Source: Deltaproteobacteria bacterium
GTDB taxonomy: Bacteria > CG03 > SLGR01 > JBDRKX01
Direction: 5' to 3'
NCBI GenBank assembly: GCA_048634875.1
Contig: JAIVZN010000001.1
Coordinates: 3,858 to 67,857 of the forward strand
DNA: 64,000 nt
A program made the translations under genes and the position numbers. The notes below the pieces were generated by a model. It searched no databases. It was given only the letters and a program-made list of their open reading frames with translations, and was not told the DNA's origin. Position 1 is the first letter of the stretch, and each line of letters begins with the position of its first letter. Of the stretch, positions 19,260 to 29,594 are shown in pieces.

Positions 19260-20579
19260 TCACTTGATATTAAAGTGCCTGCCCTTTAACCTGCCTTTTT
19301 TCATAAACCCTTCATATTGTCTCATAATGAGATGAGACTCTAACTGACCCATGGTATCAAGAGCAACTCCCACAACAATTAAAAGAGCGGTTCCGCCAAA
19401 ATAAAAAGGGACATTAAATATTCTCTCAAAATAAGAAGGCAGAATAGCAATACAAACAATAAATATTGCGCCTACAAAAGTAATTCTCGTTAAAACTTTA
19501 TCAATAAAATCTGCTGTAGGCTTACCAGGTCTTATACCTGGAATGAAACCACCCCACTTTTTCATATTTTCTGCTATATCGCGTGGATTGAAAGTTATAG
19601 CAGTATAAAAATAACAGAAAAAAATAATAAGACCCGCATAAATAATAGTTCTTGCCCAGAAACCAGGCCTGAGATACTGGCTGATGGCTACAAAAACAGG
19701 TGAATTCGGGAAAAATTGCGATAACTGTATAGGCAAAAGAAGTACAGCCATTGAAAATATTACTGCAATAACACCTGATTGATCCACCTTCAGCGGAAGA
19801 TAAGTACTCTGCCCGCCATACATCTTTCTACCTACAACTCTTTTAGCATACTGGACTGGAATCTTTCTCTGTCCCTGCTCAACAAAAACCACTACCATAG
19901 TCACAAGCACCATTGCTGTAGTTATAAACAATGCAGTAAAAAGACTCATTTCTTCAACTCTTATCATCCTGAAAAGATTGTTTACTCCTGCAGGCATACG
20001 GGCTACAATTCCTGTAAATATAATAAGAGAGATTCCATTACCAATACCATCGTCAGTAATTCGTTCTCCAAGCCACATTATAAGAATAGTTCCTGTCATA
20101 AGAGTTATAACTGTTATAAGTTGAAATCTTAAACCAGGGTCATGCACAACCCTGACACCTCCGGTCTCCATAGACTGCATCCAGAAAGTCAGACCAAACG
20201 CCTGTATAGCTGCAATTGCCACTGCAGCATATCTTGTTATCTGGTTAATCTTTTTTCTTCCTGCTTCTCCTTCTTTTTGAAGTCTTTCAAGATAAGGTAT
20301 TGTAGTTCTGAGTAAACTCATGATAATAGAAGCATTTATATACGGCATAATACCCAGCGCAAATACTGAAAGCCTCCCAAGCGCCCCACCTGAAAACATA
20401 TCTAAAAAACCAAAGAGCGTTCCTGCCTGTGCCTCAAAAAATGCCTTTAATGTCCTTACATCTACTCCAGGCACCGGTATGGTAGTACCAATTCTATATA
20501 CCACAAGAATTAAAAGTGTAAAAAGTATCTTCTTCTTTAAATCAGCTATTTTAAAAACATTACCGAAACCTTTAAGCAT
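19260..20579 (-). CDS. secY: Preprotein translocase subunit SecY
   Basis: 439 aa, 10-TM SecY signature. Confidence 0.95.
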   Translation of the reverse strand: MLKGFGNVFKIADLKKKILFTLLILVVYRIGTTIPVPGVDVRTLKAFFEAQAGTLFGFLDMFSGGALGRLSVFALGIMPYINASIIMSLLRTTIPYLERLQKEGEAGRKKINQITRYAAVAIAAIQAFGLTFWMQSMETGGVRVVHDPGLRFQLITVITLMTGTILIMWLGERITDDGIGNGISLIIFTGIVARMPAGVNNLFRMIRVEEMSLFTALFITTAMVLVTMVVVFVEQGQRKIPVQYAKRVVGRKMYGGQSTYLPLKVDQSGVIAVIFSMAVLLLPIQLSQFFPNSPVFVAISQYLRPGFWARTIIYAGLIIFFCYFYTAITFNPRDIAENMKKWGGFIPGIRPGKPTADFIDKVLTRITFVGAIFIVCIAILPSYFERIFNVPFYFGGTALLIVVGVALDTMGQLESHLIMRQYEGFMKKGRLKGRHFNIK

Positions 20580-21021
20580 TTATCTTTCCCCCTGCTTTTT
20601 CTATCTTTTCTTTAGCTTTTACTGACAGGCTGCACCCTGATACATTTATCTTTTTCTTAATTTCCCCATTACCTAAAACCTTAACTCTGTACTTACCTTT
20701 GATTAAACCTTTTTCTTTTAGCTTTTCAGGGGACACAACTTCTCCACTTTTAAATTTATCTGAAAGCTGACTGACATTAACTATCTCTATTTTTTCAGCA
20801 AACATCTTATTGCTGAAGCCTCTCTTTGGCACTCTTCTTGTAAGAGGCATCTGTCCGCCTTCAAAACTAACTTTCTTTGAAAGTCCTGTTCTATGGCCGC
20901 TTCCTCCCCTGCCACGACCGCAACTTCTTCCTTTACCGGAAGCCGGCCCGCGGCCTTTCCTGACTTTCTTTTTCTTTGAACCTTTAGCAGGCTGTATAGA
21001 ATCTATTCTTAATATATCCAT
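20572..21021 (-). CDS. rplO: 50S ribosomal protein L15 (true start MDILRI; ORF-track extension through repeat rejected)
   Basis: L15 glycine/arginine-rich N-terminal region; start codon at 21021-21019 directly abuts repeat family B. Confidence 0.9.
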   Translation of the reverse strand: MDILRIDSIQPAKGSKKKKVRKGRGPASGKGRSCGRGRGGSGHRTGLSKKVSFEGGQMPLTRRVPKRGFSNKMFAEKIEIVNVSQLSDKFKSGEVVSPEKLKEKGLIKGKYRVKVLGNGEIKKKINVSGCSLSVKAKEKIEKAGGKINA

Positions 21022-21027
21022 CTTCTT

Positions 21028-21136
21028 TAAGGAATGTGGTATGAGGTATGTGGGAGTAGGGAATAATATCTTGCTTTCTTCAGCGAAGCGTTCTTCCATC
21101 TTCTATCTTTCCTCATTCCTATACCCTCATTCTTCA
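21028..21136. repeat. Repeat family B copy (rpsE-rplO intercistronic hairpin element, long variant)
   Basis: aaggaatgtggtatgaggtatgtgggagtagggaataa...cctcattcctataccctcattcttc; imperfectly self-complementary arms. Confidence 0.9.
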
Positions 21137-21643
21137 TTATAATTCTTTCGCCTCTTTGCCTCTGCCTTCAGCTATACACTCTTTTGTTCTAAGTCTTTTT
21201 AAACCATTTATAGTGGCGTATACAACATTAAGGGAATTTCTGGAACGCAGGCACTTTGCAAAAATATTTTTAACACCTACTGCTGTAAGTACATCCCTTG
21301 CAGGACCTCCTGCAATAATTCCTGTTCCGGGACACGCAGGTTTTAATAGAATTTCAGCCGCTCCGCATCTTCCTATTATTGAATGCGGAATAGTAAAATC
21401 TTCAGTTAATGATACATTATTCATATTTTCTTTTGCTTTAGCAATACTCTTTTCTATTGATATTCTAACATCATTTGCTTTCCCGATAGCACAGCCAATT
21501 CTGCCATTTCCATCACCAACAACAGTTAGAGTAGAAAACCCGAACCTTTTCCCACCTTTTACAACTTTAGCTACCCGCTTTATATCAACTACTCTTTCTA
21601 TTAATTCCTGGCCTTCTTTCTGTAATAATCCTGACTTTTCCAT
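21137..21643 (-). CDS. rpsE: 30S ribosomal protein S5
   Basis: 168 aa; S5 dsRBD and C-terminal domain; no rpmD (L30) between rpsE and rplO. Confidence 0.95.
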   Translation of the reverse strand: MEKSGLLQKEGQELIERVVDIKRVAKVVKGGKRFGFSTLTVVGDGNGRIGCAIGKANDVRISIEKSIAKAKENMNNVSLTEDFTIPHSIIGRCGAAEILLKPACPGTGIIAGGPARDVLTAVGVKNIFAKCLRSRNSLNVVYATINGLKRLRTKECIAEGRGKEAKEL

Positions 21644-21738
21644 TAAACCTTTCCACCTTCCACTTTTTTGCCATTCAGCCGCTCGCTGACGCTACGCTTT
21701 TCATGTATAGACATGCACTCGCTCCTTCATACTTTCCA

Positions 21739-22038
21739 CTAAAATTCCAGTCCTCCTTCTCTTGCGCCTTCAGCAAGCTCCTTAACTGCACCATGGTACT
21801 TAAATTTACCGCGGTCATAATATACTTTTTTCACTTTTTTTTCAAGAGCTTTCCCGGCAACAAGTTTCCCTACTTCATAAGCCCGTTCTTTTGGACTCTC
21901 AAACTTTTTATTCTTTATATCAAATGAAAGCGACGACACACCTGTTACAACAATACCATTAAAATCATTTATTATCTGAGCATATATATGCCTGTTTGAC
22001 CTAAAAACCGCTAATCTATGCCTTTCTATCTTTCTCAT
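21739..22038 (-). CDS. rplR: 50S ribosomal protein L18
   Basis: 99 aa ending ...AREGGLEF; followed by unusual 95-nt GC-richer spacer before rpsE. Confidence 0.9.
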   Translation of the reverse strand: MRKIERHRLAVFRSNRHIYAQIINDFNGIVVTGVSSLSFDIKNKKFESPKERAYEVGKLVAGKALEKKVKKVYYDRGKFKYHGAVKELAEGAREGGLEF

Positions 22039-22595
22039 TTGCCAGTACCTGTAAAACTACCGCCGATAGCTGTTTTTCCTGCTTTCTTTCTTACCTTTTC
22101 ACCTTTATATCTTATGCCCGAGCCCTTATAGGGTTCTGGCGGTTGAATATCTCTTATTTCAGCGGATACCTCTCCAACTTTCTGTTTATCTATCCCTGAA
22201 ATTTCAATTATATTTTTCTCAACTTTTGCCTGAATCCCTTCAGGTAGCTGAAAATCAACAGAGTGGGAAAATCCAACTTCTAAAACCAGGCTCTTTCCCT
22301 GTACTTTTGCCTTTTTTCCCCTTCCTATAATTTCTAATTTTTTACTAAATCCTTCTTTAACACCTGTTACCATATTATATATAAGTGTCCTTGTCAGCCC
22401 GTGAAGACTCCTTAATTTTATAGAATCATTTTCCCTATTTATTATTATCTGCCCTTCCTCTATACGGACTTTTATCCCATCAGGTATTTTATATTCAAGT
22501 TTTTTCCCTGAAGACTCCACTGCTATATCCTGTCCGGATATACTGACATTGACACCCTCGGTTATCTTTATTGGCATTTTTCCTATTCTACTCAT
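22035..22595 (-). CDS. rplF: 50S ribosomal protein L6 (true start [11 protein letters not shown])
   Basis: L6 two-domain signature; start codon abuts repeat family B. Confidence 0.9.
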   Translation of the reverse strand: MSRIGKMPIKITEGVNVSISGQDIAVESSGKKLEYKIPDGIKVRIEEGQIIINRENDSIKLRSLHGLTRTLIYNMVTGVKEGFSKKLEIIGRGKKAKVQGKSLVLEVGFSHSVDFQLPEGIQAKVEKNIIEISGIDKQKVGEVSAEIRDIQPPEPYKGSGIRYKGEKVRKKAGKTAIGGSFTGTGK

Positions 22596-22601
22596 CTTAT
22601 T

Positions 22602-22684
22602 TAAGGAATGTGGTATGAGGTATGTGGGAGTAGGGAATAATTTTTTTCCCCTCATTCCTCATTCCTATACCCTCATTCTTCGTT
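22602..22684. repeat. Repeat family B copy (rpsH-rplF junction)
   Basis: Near-identical to 21028 and 24151 copies. Confidence 0.9.
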
Positions 22685-23083
22685 CTACCACACATATAAA
22701 ATTACTTCACCGCCAAGATGGTTCTTTCTGCATTCCTTATCAGTCAGCAAACCTCTTGAAGTTGATATTATTGCTCTTCCCAAACCCTCAAGTACTTTTG
22801 GAATGTTATCTACTCCAACATAAATCCTGCGGCTGAGATGTGAAATTCTCTTTATATCCTGTATTACAGAATCGCCATCCACCGTATATTTTAAATATAT
22901 TTTCAATATTCCCTGTTTGTTATCTTCAATATTTTTATAATTTGCAATATATCCCTCATCCTTTAAAAGGCGGGCAATCTCCTGCATTATTTTTGACGAC
23001 GAAACATCAACCTGGCTCTTTTTCCGCACAAGAGCATTTTTTACACGACAAATCATATCTGATATTGGATCTGTTACTACCAT
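22685..23083 (-). CDS. rpsH: 30S ribosomal protein S8
   Basis: 132 aa; S8 signature. Confidence 0.95.
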   Translation of the reverse strand: MVVTDPISDMICRVKNALVRKKSQVDVSSSKIMQEIARLLKDEGYIANYKNIEDNKQGILKIYLKYTVDGDSVIQDIKRISHLSRRIYVGVDNIPKVLEGLGRAIISTSRGLLTDKECRKNHLGGEVILYVW

Positions 23084-23262
23084 GATGATTTTACAACTCC
23101 CGGAATTTTTCCTTCAGACGCTAACTTTCTAAAACATAGCCTGCATATACCGAAATCTCTCATAAATGCACGCCTTCGCCCGCATAAATTGCATCTGTTA
23201 TACTTCTGTACCTTATACTTTGGTTCTCTCTTCTGTTTTACTACTAATGCTTTTCTTGCCAT
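23077..23262 (-). CDS. rpsZ: 30S ribosomal protein S14 type Z (zinc-binding)
   Basis: 61 aa with CxxC...CxxC. Confidence 0.92.
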   Translation of the reverse strand: MARKALVVKQKREPKYKVQKYNRCNLCGRRRAFMRDFGICRLCFRKLASEGKIPGVVKSSW

Positions 23263-23287
23263 CTTCCTTTTAACCTTCCATTTTCAA

Positions 23288-23836
23288 CTATTTAACAAAC
23301 GGAAATCCCAACAACTCAAACAGCTTTATGGATTTTTCCCTGTCTTTTTTGTCAGTAACAATTGTAATACTCATCCCTTTAATTGATTTTAGCTTATCCA
23401 TATCAACCTCAGGGAAAATTGATTCATCTGTAATACCTATAGTTAAATTTCCTTGAATATCAAACCTTCTTTTTAAACCGCTAAAATCTCTTATTCTCGG
23501 AATTGCTATCCTGAGCAGCTTTTCTAAAAACCCGTACATCATTTTTCCACGCAGAGTAACTCTGCATCCAATAGGCATTCCTTTTCTTAGTGTAAAATTA
23601 GATATGGCCTTTTTTGCCCTTGTAACAGAAGGTTGCTGCCCTGTTATTGAGACAATTTCATTCATAGCTTCTTCTAAAACACTTTTGTCGTCCTTTGCAG
23701 ATTTCAAACCCATATTGATCACTATTTTTTCTATTTCAGGAAGAGCATATACATTTTTAACCTTAAACTCTTTTAACATCTCGGGAATTACTTCCTCTGT
23801 ATATTTTTTATATAATAATGCTGATATCTGCCTCAT
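23288..23836 (-). CDS. rplE: 50S ribosomal protein L5
   Basis: 182 aa; L5 signature. Confidence 0.95.
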   Translation of the reverse strand: MRQISALLYKKYTEEVIPEMLKEFKVKNVYALPEIEKIVINMGLKSAKDDKSVLEEAMNEIVSITGQQPSVTRAKKAISNFTLRKGMPIGCRVTLRGKMMYGFLEKLLRIAIPRIRDFSGLKRRFDIQGNLTIGITDESIFPEVDMDKLKSIKGMSITIVTDKKDREKSIKLFELLGFPFVK

Positions 23837-24144
23837 ACAATCATCTCACCGCATTTCTTACAGACTCTTACTTTCTCGCCATCTTCTAACCTGTCAAACT
23901 TTATTCTTGTAGGCTGTGAACACTTTGGACATACAAGCTGAAGGTTTGAAATATGGACAGAAGCTTCTTTTTCTACAACTCCACCCGGATTCTGCTGGGT
24001 CGGACGTGTATGTCTCTTAACAATATTAATTTTTGAGACTATAACACGGTTAGAATTCGCAAATATTTTCATAACCTCGCCCTGCTTTCCCTTATCTTTA
24101 CCTTTTTTTACTATAACCGTATCTTTTTTCTTAATCTTTAACAT
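23833..24144 (-). CDS. rplX: 50S ribosomal protein L24 with C-terminal CxxC...CxxC zinc-ribbon extension
   Basis: KOW domain MLKIKKKDTVIVKKGKDKGKQG..., then CPKCSQPTRIKFDRLEDGEKVRVCKKCGEMIV. Confidence 0.88.
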   Translation of the reverse strand: MLKIKKKDTVIVKKGKDKGKQGEVMKIFANSNRVIVSKINIVKRHTRPTQQNPGGVVEKEASVHISNLQLVCPKCSQPTRIKFDRLEDGEKVRVCKKCGEMIV

Positions 24145-24150
24145 TTTCTT

Positions 24151-24231
24151 TAAGGAATGTGGTATGAGATATGTGGGAGAAGGGAATAAACATTTTTCCC
24201 TCATTCCTCATTCCTATACCCTCATTCTTCA
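24151..24231. repeat. Repeat family B copy (rplN-rplX junction)
   Basis: Near-identical to 21028 and 22602 copies. Confidence 0.9.
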
Positions 24232-24600
24232 TTATATTACCTCCGGAGCAAGTGAAATTATTTTTGTAAATTCTTTCTCTCTTAACTCCATTGCTATCGG
24301 ACCGAATACCCTGGTTCCTCTGGGTTGTTTTTTTTCATCTATTAAAACAGCGCCGTTATCATCAAATCTTACAACAGTTCCATCTTTCCTTTTAACAGGA
24401 TATTTAGTTCTAACTATCACTGCTTTTACTACCTCTCCCTTTGAAACACCGCTGGCAGGAATAGCATCCTTAACTGCGCCTACAATTATATCGCCAACCC
24501 TGGCGTATCTTTTTCTTGTACCTCCAAGTACATTAATACACTGTATTTTTTTTGCCCCGGAATTATCCACAACATTTAATAAGGTTTCCCTCTGAATCAT
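24232..24600 (-). CDS. rplN: 50S ribosomal protein L14 (start [10 protein letters not shown])
   Basis: L14 signature; ATGA overlap with rpsQ. Confidence 0.93.
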   Translation of the reverse strand: MIQRETLLNVVDNSGAKKIQCINVLGGTRKRYARVGDIIVGAVKDAIPASGVSKGEVVKAVIVRTKYPVKRKDGTVVRFDDNGAVLIDEKKQPRGTRVFGPIAMELREKEFTKIISLAPEVI

Positions 24601-24857
24601 TCCCTGACCTCTACTACACGCCATCTCTTTAATTTACTCATTGGCCGTGATTCCTCAATGACAACTGTGTTGCCTAACTTAGATATCTCTTTCGCGTCAT
24701 GGGCATAAAATTTTTTTCTCTTCTTTATAGCCTTTTGATACAACCGATGACGAACAAGCCGCTCTACTTCCACCACTCTCGTGTTTTTTACCTTGTCGCC
24801 TACCACAACTCCCTGAAGCCTTTTTCTTGAAGTTTTCTTGTAATTATTATTTTTCAT
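24597..24857 (-). CDS. rpsQ: 30S ribosomal protein S17
   Basis: 86 aa OB-fold S17. Confidence 0.93.
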   Translation of the reverse strand: MKNNNYKKTSRKRLQGVVVGDKVKNTRVVEVERLVRHRLYQKAIKKRKKFYAHDAKEISKLGNTVVIEESRPMSKLKRWRVVEVRE

Positions 24858-25138
24858 CCAGCCCTTTCTCCTTTCTTTTTCTCCTTCTTCTTTTTATCCG
24901 GCTCCACCTTTGTAATTTGTTTTTCTTCAGAATTGAAAGGGCGGGGTTCACTCTTCATCTCACTAACAACAGTTATAATTTTTGCAATATCTCTTCTAAT
25001 TATCCTGAGCCTCAGTGGATTTTTTAATGTTCCTGAAGCATGCCCGAATCTAAATTCCATATTCTTTTTCCTTAAATCCTCTAATCTGCTTTCAAGCTCA
25101 CCAATAGTTTCTTTTCGTAAATCCTGAACTTTTAACAT
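24854..25138 (-). CDS. rpmC: 50S ribosomal protein L29 with lysine-rich C-terminal tail
   Basis: 94 aa; L29 helical core then [18 protein letters not shown] extension. Confidence 0.88.
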   Translation of the reverse strand: MLKVQDLRKETIGELESRLEDLRKKNMEFRFGHASGTLKNPLRLRIIRRDIAKIITVVSEMKSEPRPFNSEEKQITKVEPDKKKKEKKKGERAG

Positions 25139-25554
25139 TATTGATATTCACCCCTTGCGACAAATCTACATTTTATAGGCAACTTTGCAATAGCTAATTT
25201 CATTGCTTTTTTCGCATCTTCTTTATCTAAACCCTCAAGTTCAAATAAAATTCTTCCGGGCTTCACCACTGCTACATATCCTTCAATATCACCCTTTCCT
25301 TTTCCCATTCTTGTTTCAGCAGGCTGTTTTGTCACAGGCAGGTCAGGAAATATTCTTATCCAGACTTTTCCACCCCGTTTCATGTAGCGGGTAATAGCAA
25401 CCCTTGCTGCTTCTATTTGTTTTTCTGTAATCCACGCAGGCTCTACCGCCTTTAAGGCAAACTCGCCAAAACTAATCAGGCTGCCTCTAACAGCTTTGCC
25501 CTTCATACGGCCCCTGTGTTTCTTGCGGTATTTAACTCTTTTAGGTCTCAACAT
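25138..25554 (-). CDS. rplP: 50S ribosomal protein L16
   Basis: 138 aa; [19 protein letters not shown]. Confidence 0.95.
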   Translation of the reverse strand: MLRPKRVKYRKKHRGRMKGKAVRGSLISFGEFALKAVEPAWITEKQIEAARVAITRYMKRGGKVWIRIFPDLPVTKQPAETRMGKGKGDIEGYVAVVKPGRILFELEGLDKEDAKKAMKLAIAKLPIKCRFVARGEYQ

Positions 25555-26197
25555 CTTCCTTGTACAGGGACTCCCTTAATACCTCTCCGTTGCAAATCCA
25601 GACTTTTACACCTATATTACCATAAGTCGTTTTAGCCTCACAAAAACCATAATCTATATCTGCCCTTAAAGTCTGAAGAGGGATTCTTCCTTTTTTCATC
25701 CATTCAGTTCGGGCTATTTCTGAACCGTTTAACCTGCCGCTCACTGCTATTTTAACTCCCTGCACTCCCTCTTCCATTGCATTGGATACTGCTCTTTTTA
25801 ATATGCTCCTGAATCTTATCTTTTTTACAAGAGCCGTAGCAATACTTTCGGCAATTAAACGGGCATCTGTATTAGGTCTCTTTATCTGTTCAATATTTAT
25901 AATGGAGCGTTTTCCTGTCATATCATCAATCTCATTTTTTATATTCTCAACTTCAGATCCACCTCTTCCAATTATAATTCCAGGTTTATCTGTATGTATT
26001 GTAACCCTTATTGTTTCGCCCATTCTCTCTATCTCTATTTTTGAAATTCCAATATTCTTGACACGATTTCTGATATATTTTCTTACCTTTTCATCCTCAA
26101 CAATAAACCTCGGCATTTCTTTAAGATTAAACCATCTTGACTGCCACGTCTTATTTATTCCTAATCTAAACCCTATTGGATGTACTTTTTGTCCCAT
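25541..26197 (-). CDS. rpsC: 30S ribosomal protein S3
   Basis: 218 aa; KH domain S3. Confidence 0.95.
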   Translation of the reverse strand: MGQKVHPIGFRLGINKTWQSRWFNLKEMPRFIVEDEKVRKYIRNRVKNIGISKIEIERMGETIRVTIHTDKPGIIIGRGGSEVENIKNEIDDMTGKRSIINIEQIKRPNTDARLIAESIATALVKKIRFRSILKRAVSNAMEEGVQGVKIAVSGRLNGSEIARTEWMKKGRIPLQTLRADIDYGFCEAKTTYGNIGVKVWICNGEVLRESLYKEDVET

Positions 26198-26535
26198 TAT
26201 ATCTCCCTCTTTTTTTCTCCTACCTCAATTTCTATGTGAGCAGTGGGTCTTCTTAAAATATCAGCTCTCCCCATTGCTCTCGGGCGCATTCTCTTTAATA
26301 CAGGCCCGTGACCAACCCAGGCCTTTATTATGCTTATTTTTTCTATAGAATCCACTGCGCCTGCATTTGCAACTGCTGATTCAAGCGTTTGCTTTACCGG
26401 TTCTACAGCCCTTCTGTTTATAAACTTCAAAATCCAGTATGCTTTGTCCACTCTTTTACCCCTGATTTTATCCAGCACTAAATTTATCTTTCTTGGGCTC
26501 ATTCTGATATATTTTGTTCTTGCTTTTCCAATCAT
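26197..26535 (-). CDS. rplV: 50S ribosomal protein L22
   Basis: 112 aa. Confidence 0.93.
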   Translation of the reverse strand: MIGKARTKYIRMSPRKINLVLDKIRGKRVDKAYWILKFINRRAVEPVKQTLESAVANAGAVDSIEKISIIKAWVGHGPVLKRMRPRAMGRADILRRPTAHIEIEVGEKKREI

Positions 26536-26825
26536 TTTTTCATTGATGCATCTATTTCCTTAGAATGCCCTGCTCCATGGCCTTTGAACCACCGCGTCGG
26601 GGAAAACTCCCCGAGACGATGACCGACCATATCTTCAGTTATTAATACTTCTATAAATTTTTTTCCATTATGAACTGGTATAGTTAAACCAACAAAATCA
26701 GGTATTATCATTGAACTCCTTGAATATGTGGGAGCAGTTTTCTTACTTCCGCCAGCCCTGGCTCTTCTAACTTTCTTTAATAACCTTTCTTCAACAAAAG
26801 GACCTTTTTTTGCAGATCTACCCAT
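26532..26825 (-). CDS. rpsS: 30S ribosomal protein S19
   Basis: 97 aa. Confidence 0.95.
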   Translation of the reverse strand: MGRSAKKGPFVEERLLKKVRRARAGGSKKTAPTYSRSSMIIPDFVGLTIPVHNGKKFIEVLITEDMVGHRLGEFSPTRWFKGHGAGHSKEIDASMKK

Positions 26826-27649
26826 TACTTTTTTCTCCTCCGCACTATCATTTTATCAGATGCTTTATTTTTTTTGCGTGTTTTTACACCTCTACATTTC
26901 TTGCCCCATGGATTTGACGGTATATTATTTCCCTTGCTCTTTCCTCTGCCTCCACCATGAGGATGATCTACAGAATTCATTGCAGTTCCTCTAACCCTTG
27001 GCCTTTGCCCCCTGTGTCTGGTAGCGCCGGCAAAACCCAATTTGATTTTCTCATGATCGGCATTGCCAATTTTTCCTATGGTAGCCGCGCAGTTCGCATT
27101 TATCCTGCGGACTTCACCTGAGGGAAACTTCACCAGGACAAATTTTTCCTCCTTTGCAGTAAGTGTTGCTTCCCCGCCTGCACATCTTACTAAAATCCCT
27201 CCCTGACCTGGATTTAATTCAATGCCATGAATTACTGTTCCTTCAGGAATATATTTTAACGGTCTTGTATTCCCAATTTTAAGTGGAGCATTTTCTCCAC
27301 TTTGCACCTTATATCCGACTTTCAATCCATCAGGGTGCAGAATATACGATTTTGTTCCATCAGCATATTGTATAAGAGCAAGATTTGCAGAACGATTTGG
27401 ATCATACTCTACAGCTAACACATTAGCTTCATCGCTCCTGGCTCTCTTAAAATCAATTATTCTTATTTTCTGTTTACTGCCACCTCCACGATGCCTTATA
27501 GTTACTCTTCCATAACTATTGCGTCCACCGCTTTTCTTTTTTGTGATAGTTAGAGACTTCTCGGGGTTTTCCTTGGTTATTTCATCTTTCTTTACCCTTG
27601 AACTACCTCTTCTTGCCGGTGTTAATGCTTTGTATTTTATTATAGCCAT
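26825..27649 (-). CDS. rplB: 50S ribosomal protein L2
   Basis: 274 aa. Confidence 0.95.
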   Translation of the reverse strand: MAIIKYKALTPARRGSSRVKKDEITKENPEKSLTITKKKSGGRNSYGRVTIRHRGGGSKQKIRIIDFKRARSDEANVLAVEYDPNRSANLALIQYADGTKSYILHPDGLKVGYKVQSGENAPLKIGNTRPLKYIPEGTVIHGIELNPGQGGILVRCAGGEATLTAKEEKFVLVKFPSGEVRRINANCAATIGKIGNADHEKIKLGFAGATRHRGQRPRVRGTAMNSVDHPHGGGRGKSKGNNIPSNPWGKKCRGVKTRKKNKASDKMIVRRRKK

Positions 27650-27673
27650 TCTTCTATCTTCTATCTTCCATCT

Positions 27674-27961
27674 TTACGGTCCTTCCATTAGCTTAATTCT
27701 GTCACCTTCTTTTAAAGTAACTATAGCTTTTTTTCTTTTAGAAGTTTTTCCCGTAAATCTTCCTAATCTTTTTGGTTTCCCCGCTACAGACTGAGTATTA
27801 ACTGAAAGTACTGTAACGCCAAAAACACTTTCAACTGCACTTTTAACCTCTTTCTTGTTTGCCCTCAAATCCACATAAAAAGTAAATTTATTTTTTTCTA
27901 ACTTATCATTTGTGGTTTTTTCTGTTACCACAGGGCCCATCAATATATCATATCCTGACAT
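27674..27961 (-). CDS. rplW: 50S ribosomal protein L23 (start MSGYDIL; the upstream Met at 27979 would overlap rplD)
   Basis: L23 signature YDILMGPVVTEK. Confidence 0.9.
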   Translation of the reverse strand: MSGYDILMGPVVTEKTTNDKLEKNKFTFYVDLRANKKEVKSAVESVFGVTVLSVNTQSVAGKPKRLGRFTGKTSKRKKAIVTLKEGDRIKLMEGP

Positions 27962-27962
27962 C

Positions 27963-28601
27963 TTACTTTCCACTTTCAACCTTCAACTTTCCACCCTCTC
28001 CCAAACCCCTTGAACTTAAGAAGCTATCCCATGCTTTTTGAGAAAATAATATTTTTTCATGTTCTAATAATCTGTATGCATTAATATCTTTCCAGAGTGT
28101 TACTGTAACATTCTTTATATTTCTAAATAACCGCAAAATTTCAGGATTCCTTTCTTCTAATAAAACTAAAGTTTTGATGCTATTGTCATTAAATATATCT
28201 TTCAAAAAAGCAACAGCTAACTTTGTCTTAGGTTCTTTAAATTCAATTTTATCAACTACTTTCAAATTATTTTCTTTTATTCGCTGTACAATCATCTGCA
28301 CAGTGGCTATCTGTTTCTTTTTCTTTGGTATCCTTTTCTTAAATGACTGTTCCCGTGTAGGGCCAAATGTAACTCCACCGCCTCTCCATATCGGCGATCT
28401 GTTAGAACCTGCCCTTGCCCTGCCTGTTCCTTTCTGCCTCCATGGTTTTTTCCCTCCGCCTGACACCTCCGAAATAGTCTTAGTACATGCATTACCGCTT
28501 CGCTTGTTAGCTAAAACCACAGTTACCACTTCATGCAAAAGCGCCTTATTAACTTTAGTCTCTTTTAATTTTTCTGGTAATTCTGGTATTACTGCTTTCA
28601 T
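27963..28601 (-). CDS. rplD: 50S ribosomal protein L4
   Basis: 212 aa; C-terminal codons (KLKVESGK) are encoded by the GTTGAAAGTGG SD-like motif. Confidence 0.93.
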   Translation of the reverse strand: MKAVIPELPEKLKETKVNKALLHEVVTVVLANKRSGNACTKTISEVSGGGKKPWRQKGTGRARAGSNRSPIWRGGGVTFGPTREQSFKKRIPKKKKQIATVQMIVQRIKENNLKVVDKIEFKEPKTKLAVAFLKDIFNDNSIKTLVLLEERNPEILRLFRNIKNVTVTLWKDINAYRLLEHEKILFSQKAWDSFLSSRGLGEGGKLKVESGK

Positions 28602-29215
28602 TTTTTAATATTTTTCTGTAAAAAAAGCAGGCTCTTTCTTGGTCCAGGAACAGCACCTTTAACAATTATAATATTTTCATTCTTGTTAATATCCATAACT
28701 TCTAAATTCCAGACTGAAACCTTTGTCCCGCCTTTTCTTCCTGCCATTTTCACTCCAGGAAAAACTCTGGAAGGAGAAGCTGCCTGCCCTATAGAACCTG
28801 GTGCCCGGTGAAACCTTGAACCATGCCCGCCAGGGCCTCCTTTAAAGCCCCACCTTTTTATAACCCCTGTAAAACCCTTTCCCTTGGATATACCCTGAAT
28901 ATCTATCTTTTCGCCAATCTCAAAAACATCCACATAAAGTTTTGCGCCTATTTCCGGGGGTTCTGTATTCTTCCCATACCATTTAACAACCTTTAGATAC
29001 TTTAAAGGCGGTAATTTTTTCTTCTTCAAATATCCAAGCTCGGGCTTATTCAGCCGGGATTCCCTGATTTCTTCATACCCGATTTTAATTTTATTATCTT
29101 CCCTGCCAACAACATAACACGGCCCGCAGGAAATCAAAGATACAGGAATACTGTTTCCTTCTATATCAAACCATCTTGACATCCCTATTTTAATTCCTAA
29201 TAATCCATGTATCAT
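28598..29215 (-). CDS. rplC: 50S ribosomal protein L3
   Basis: 205 aa. Confidence 0.95.
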   Translation of the reverse strand: MIHGLLGIKIGMSRWFDIEGNSIPVSLISCGPCYVVGREDNKIKIGYEEIRESRLNKPELGYLKKKKLPPLKYLKVVKWYGKNTEPPEIGAKLYVDVFEIGEKIDIQGISKGKGFTGVIKRWGFKGGPGGHGSRFHRAPGSIGQAASPSRVFPGVKMAGRKGGTKVSVWNLEVMDINKNENIIIVKGAVPGPRKSLLFLQKNIKK

Positions 29216-29282
29216 CTTAATCTTTCCATTTTATATTAAACATTTTTATTTTAGATTTGTTAATTTTAATCCCCAATTTCCT

Positions 29283-29594
29283 TTATGCCTTTATCTCCAC
29301 CCCGATGCCTGAAGGAAGCTCTAATTTACCAAGTTCATCAACTGTTACCGAAGTCGGATTATGTATGTAAATTAATCTCTTATGTATCCGCATTTCAAAT
29401 TGATCCATACCCCTTTTATCCACATGAGGCGACCTCAGTACTGAATATTTCTTTATTCTTGTCGGAAGCAGTATCGGGCCGGAAACCCTGGAGCCTGTTC
29501 TGGTAATTGTATCTACTATGCGCTTGACAGATTTATCAAGCATCCTGTGGTCATATCCCTTTAATTTAATCTGTATTTTCTGTTCAACCGCCAT
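29283..29594 (-). CDS. rpsJ: 30S ribosomal protein S10
   Basis: 103 aa. Confidence 0.95.
   Translation of the reverse strand: MAVEQKIQIKLKGYDHRMLDKSVKRIVDTITRTGSRVSGPILLPTRIKKYSVLRSPHVDKRGMDQFEMRIHKRLIYIHNPTSVTVDELGKLELPSGIGVEIKA

Noticed and set aside
20572-24204. N-terminal extensions of rplO, rplF and rplX in the ORF track (MEERFAEESKILFPTPTYLIPHSLKK..., MRGKKLFPTPTYLIPHSLNK..., MREKCLFPSPTYLIPHSLKK...)
   Set aside because: The shared peptide is the in-frame translation of the same intergenic repeat (family B). Canonical ribosomal protein N-termini begin at the internal Met right after the repeat
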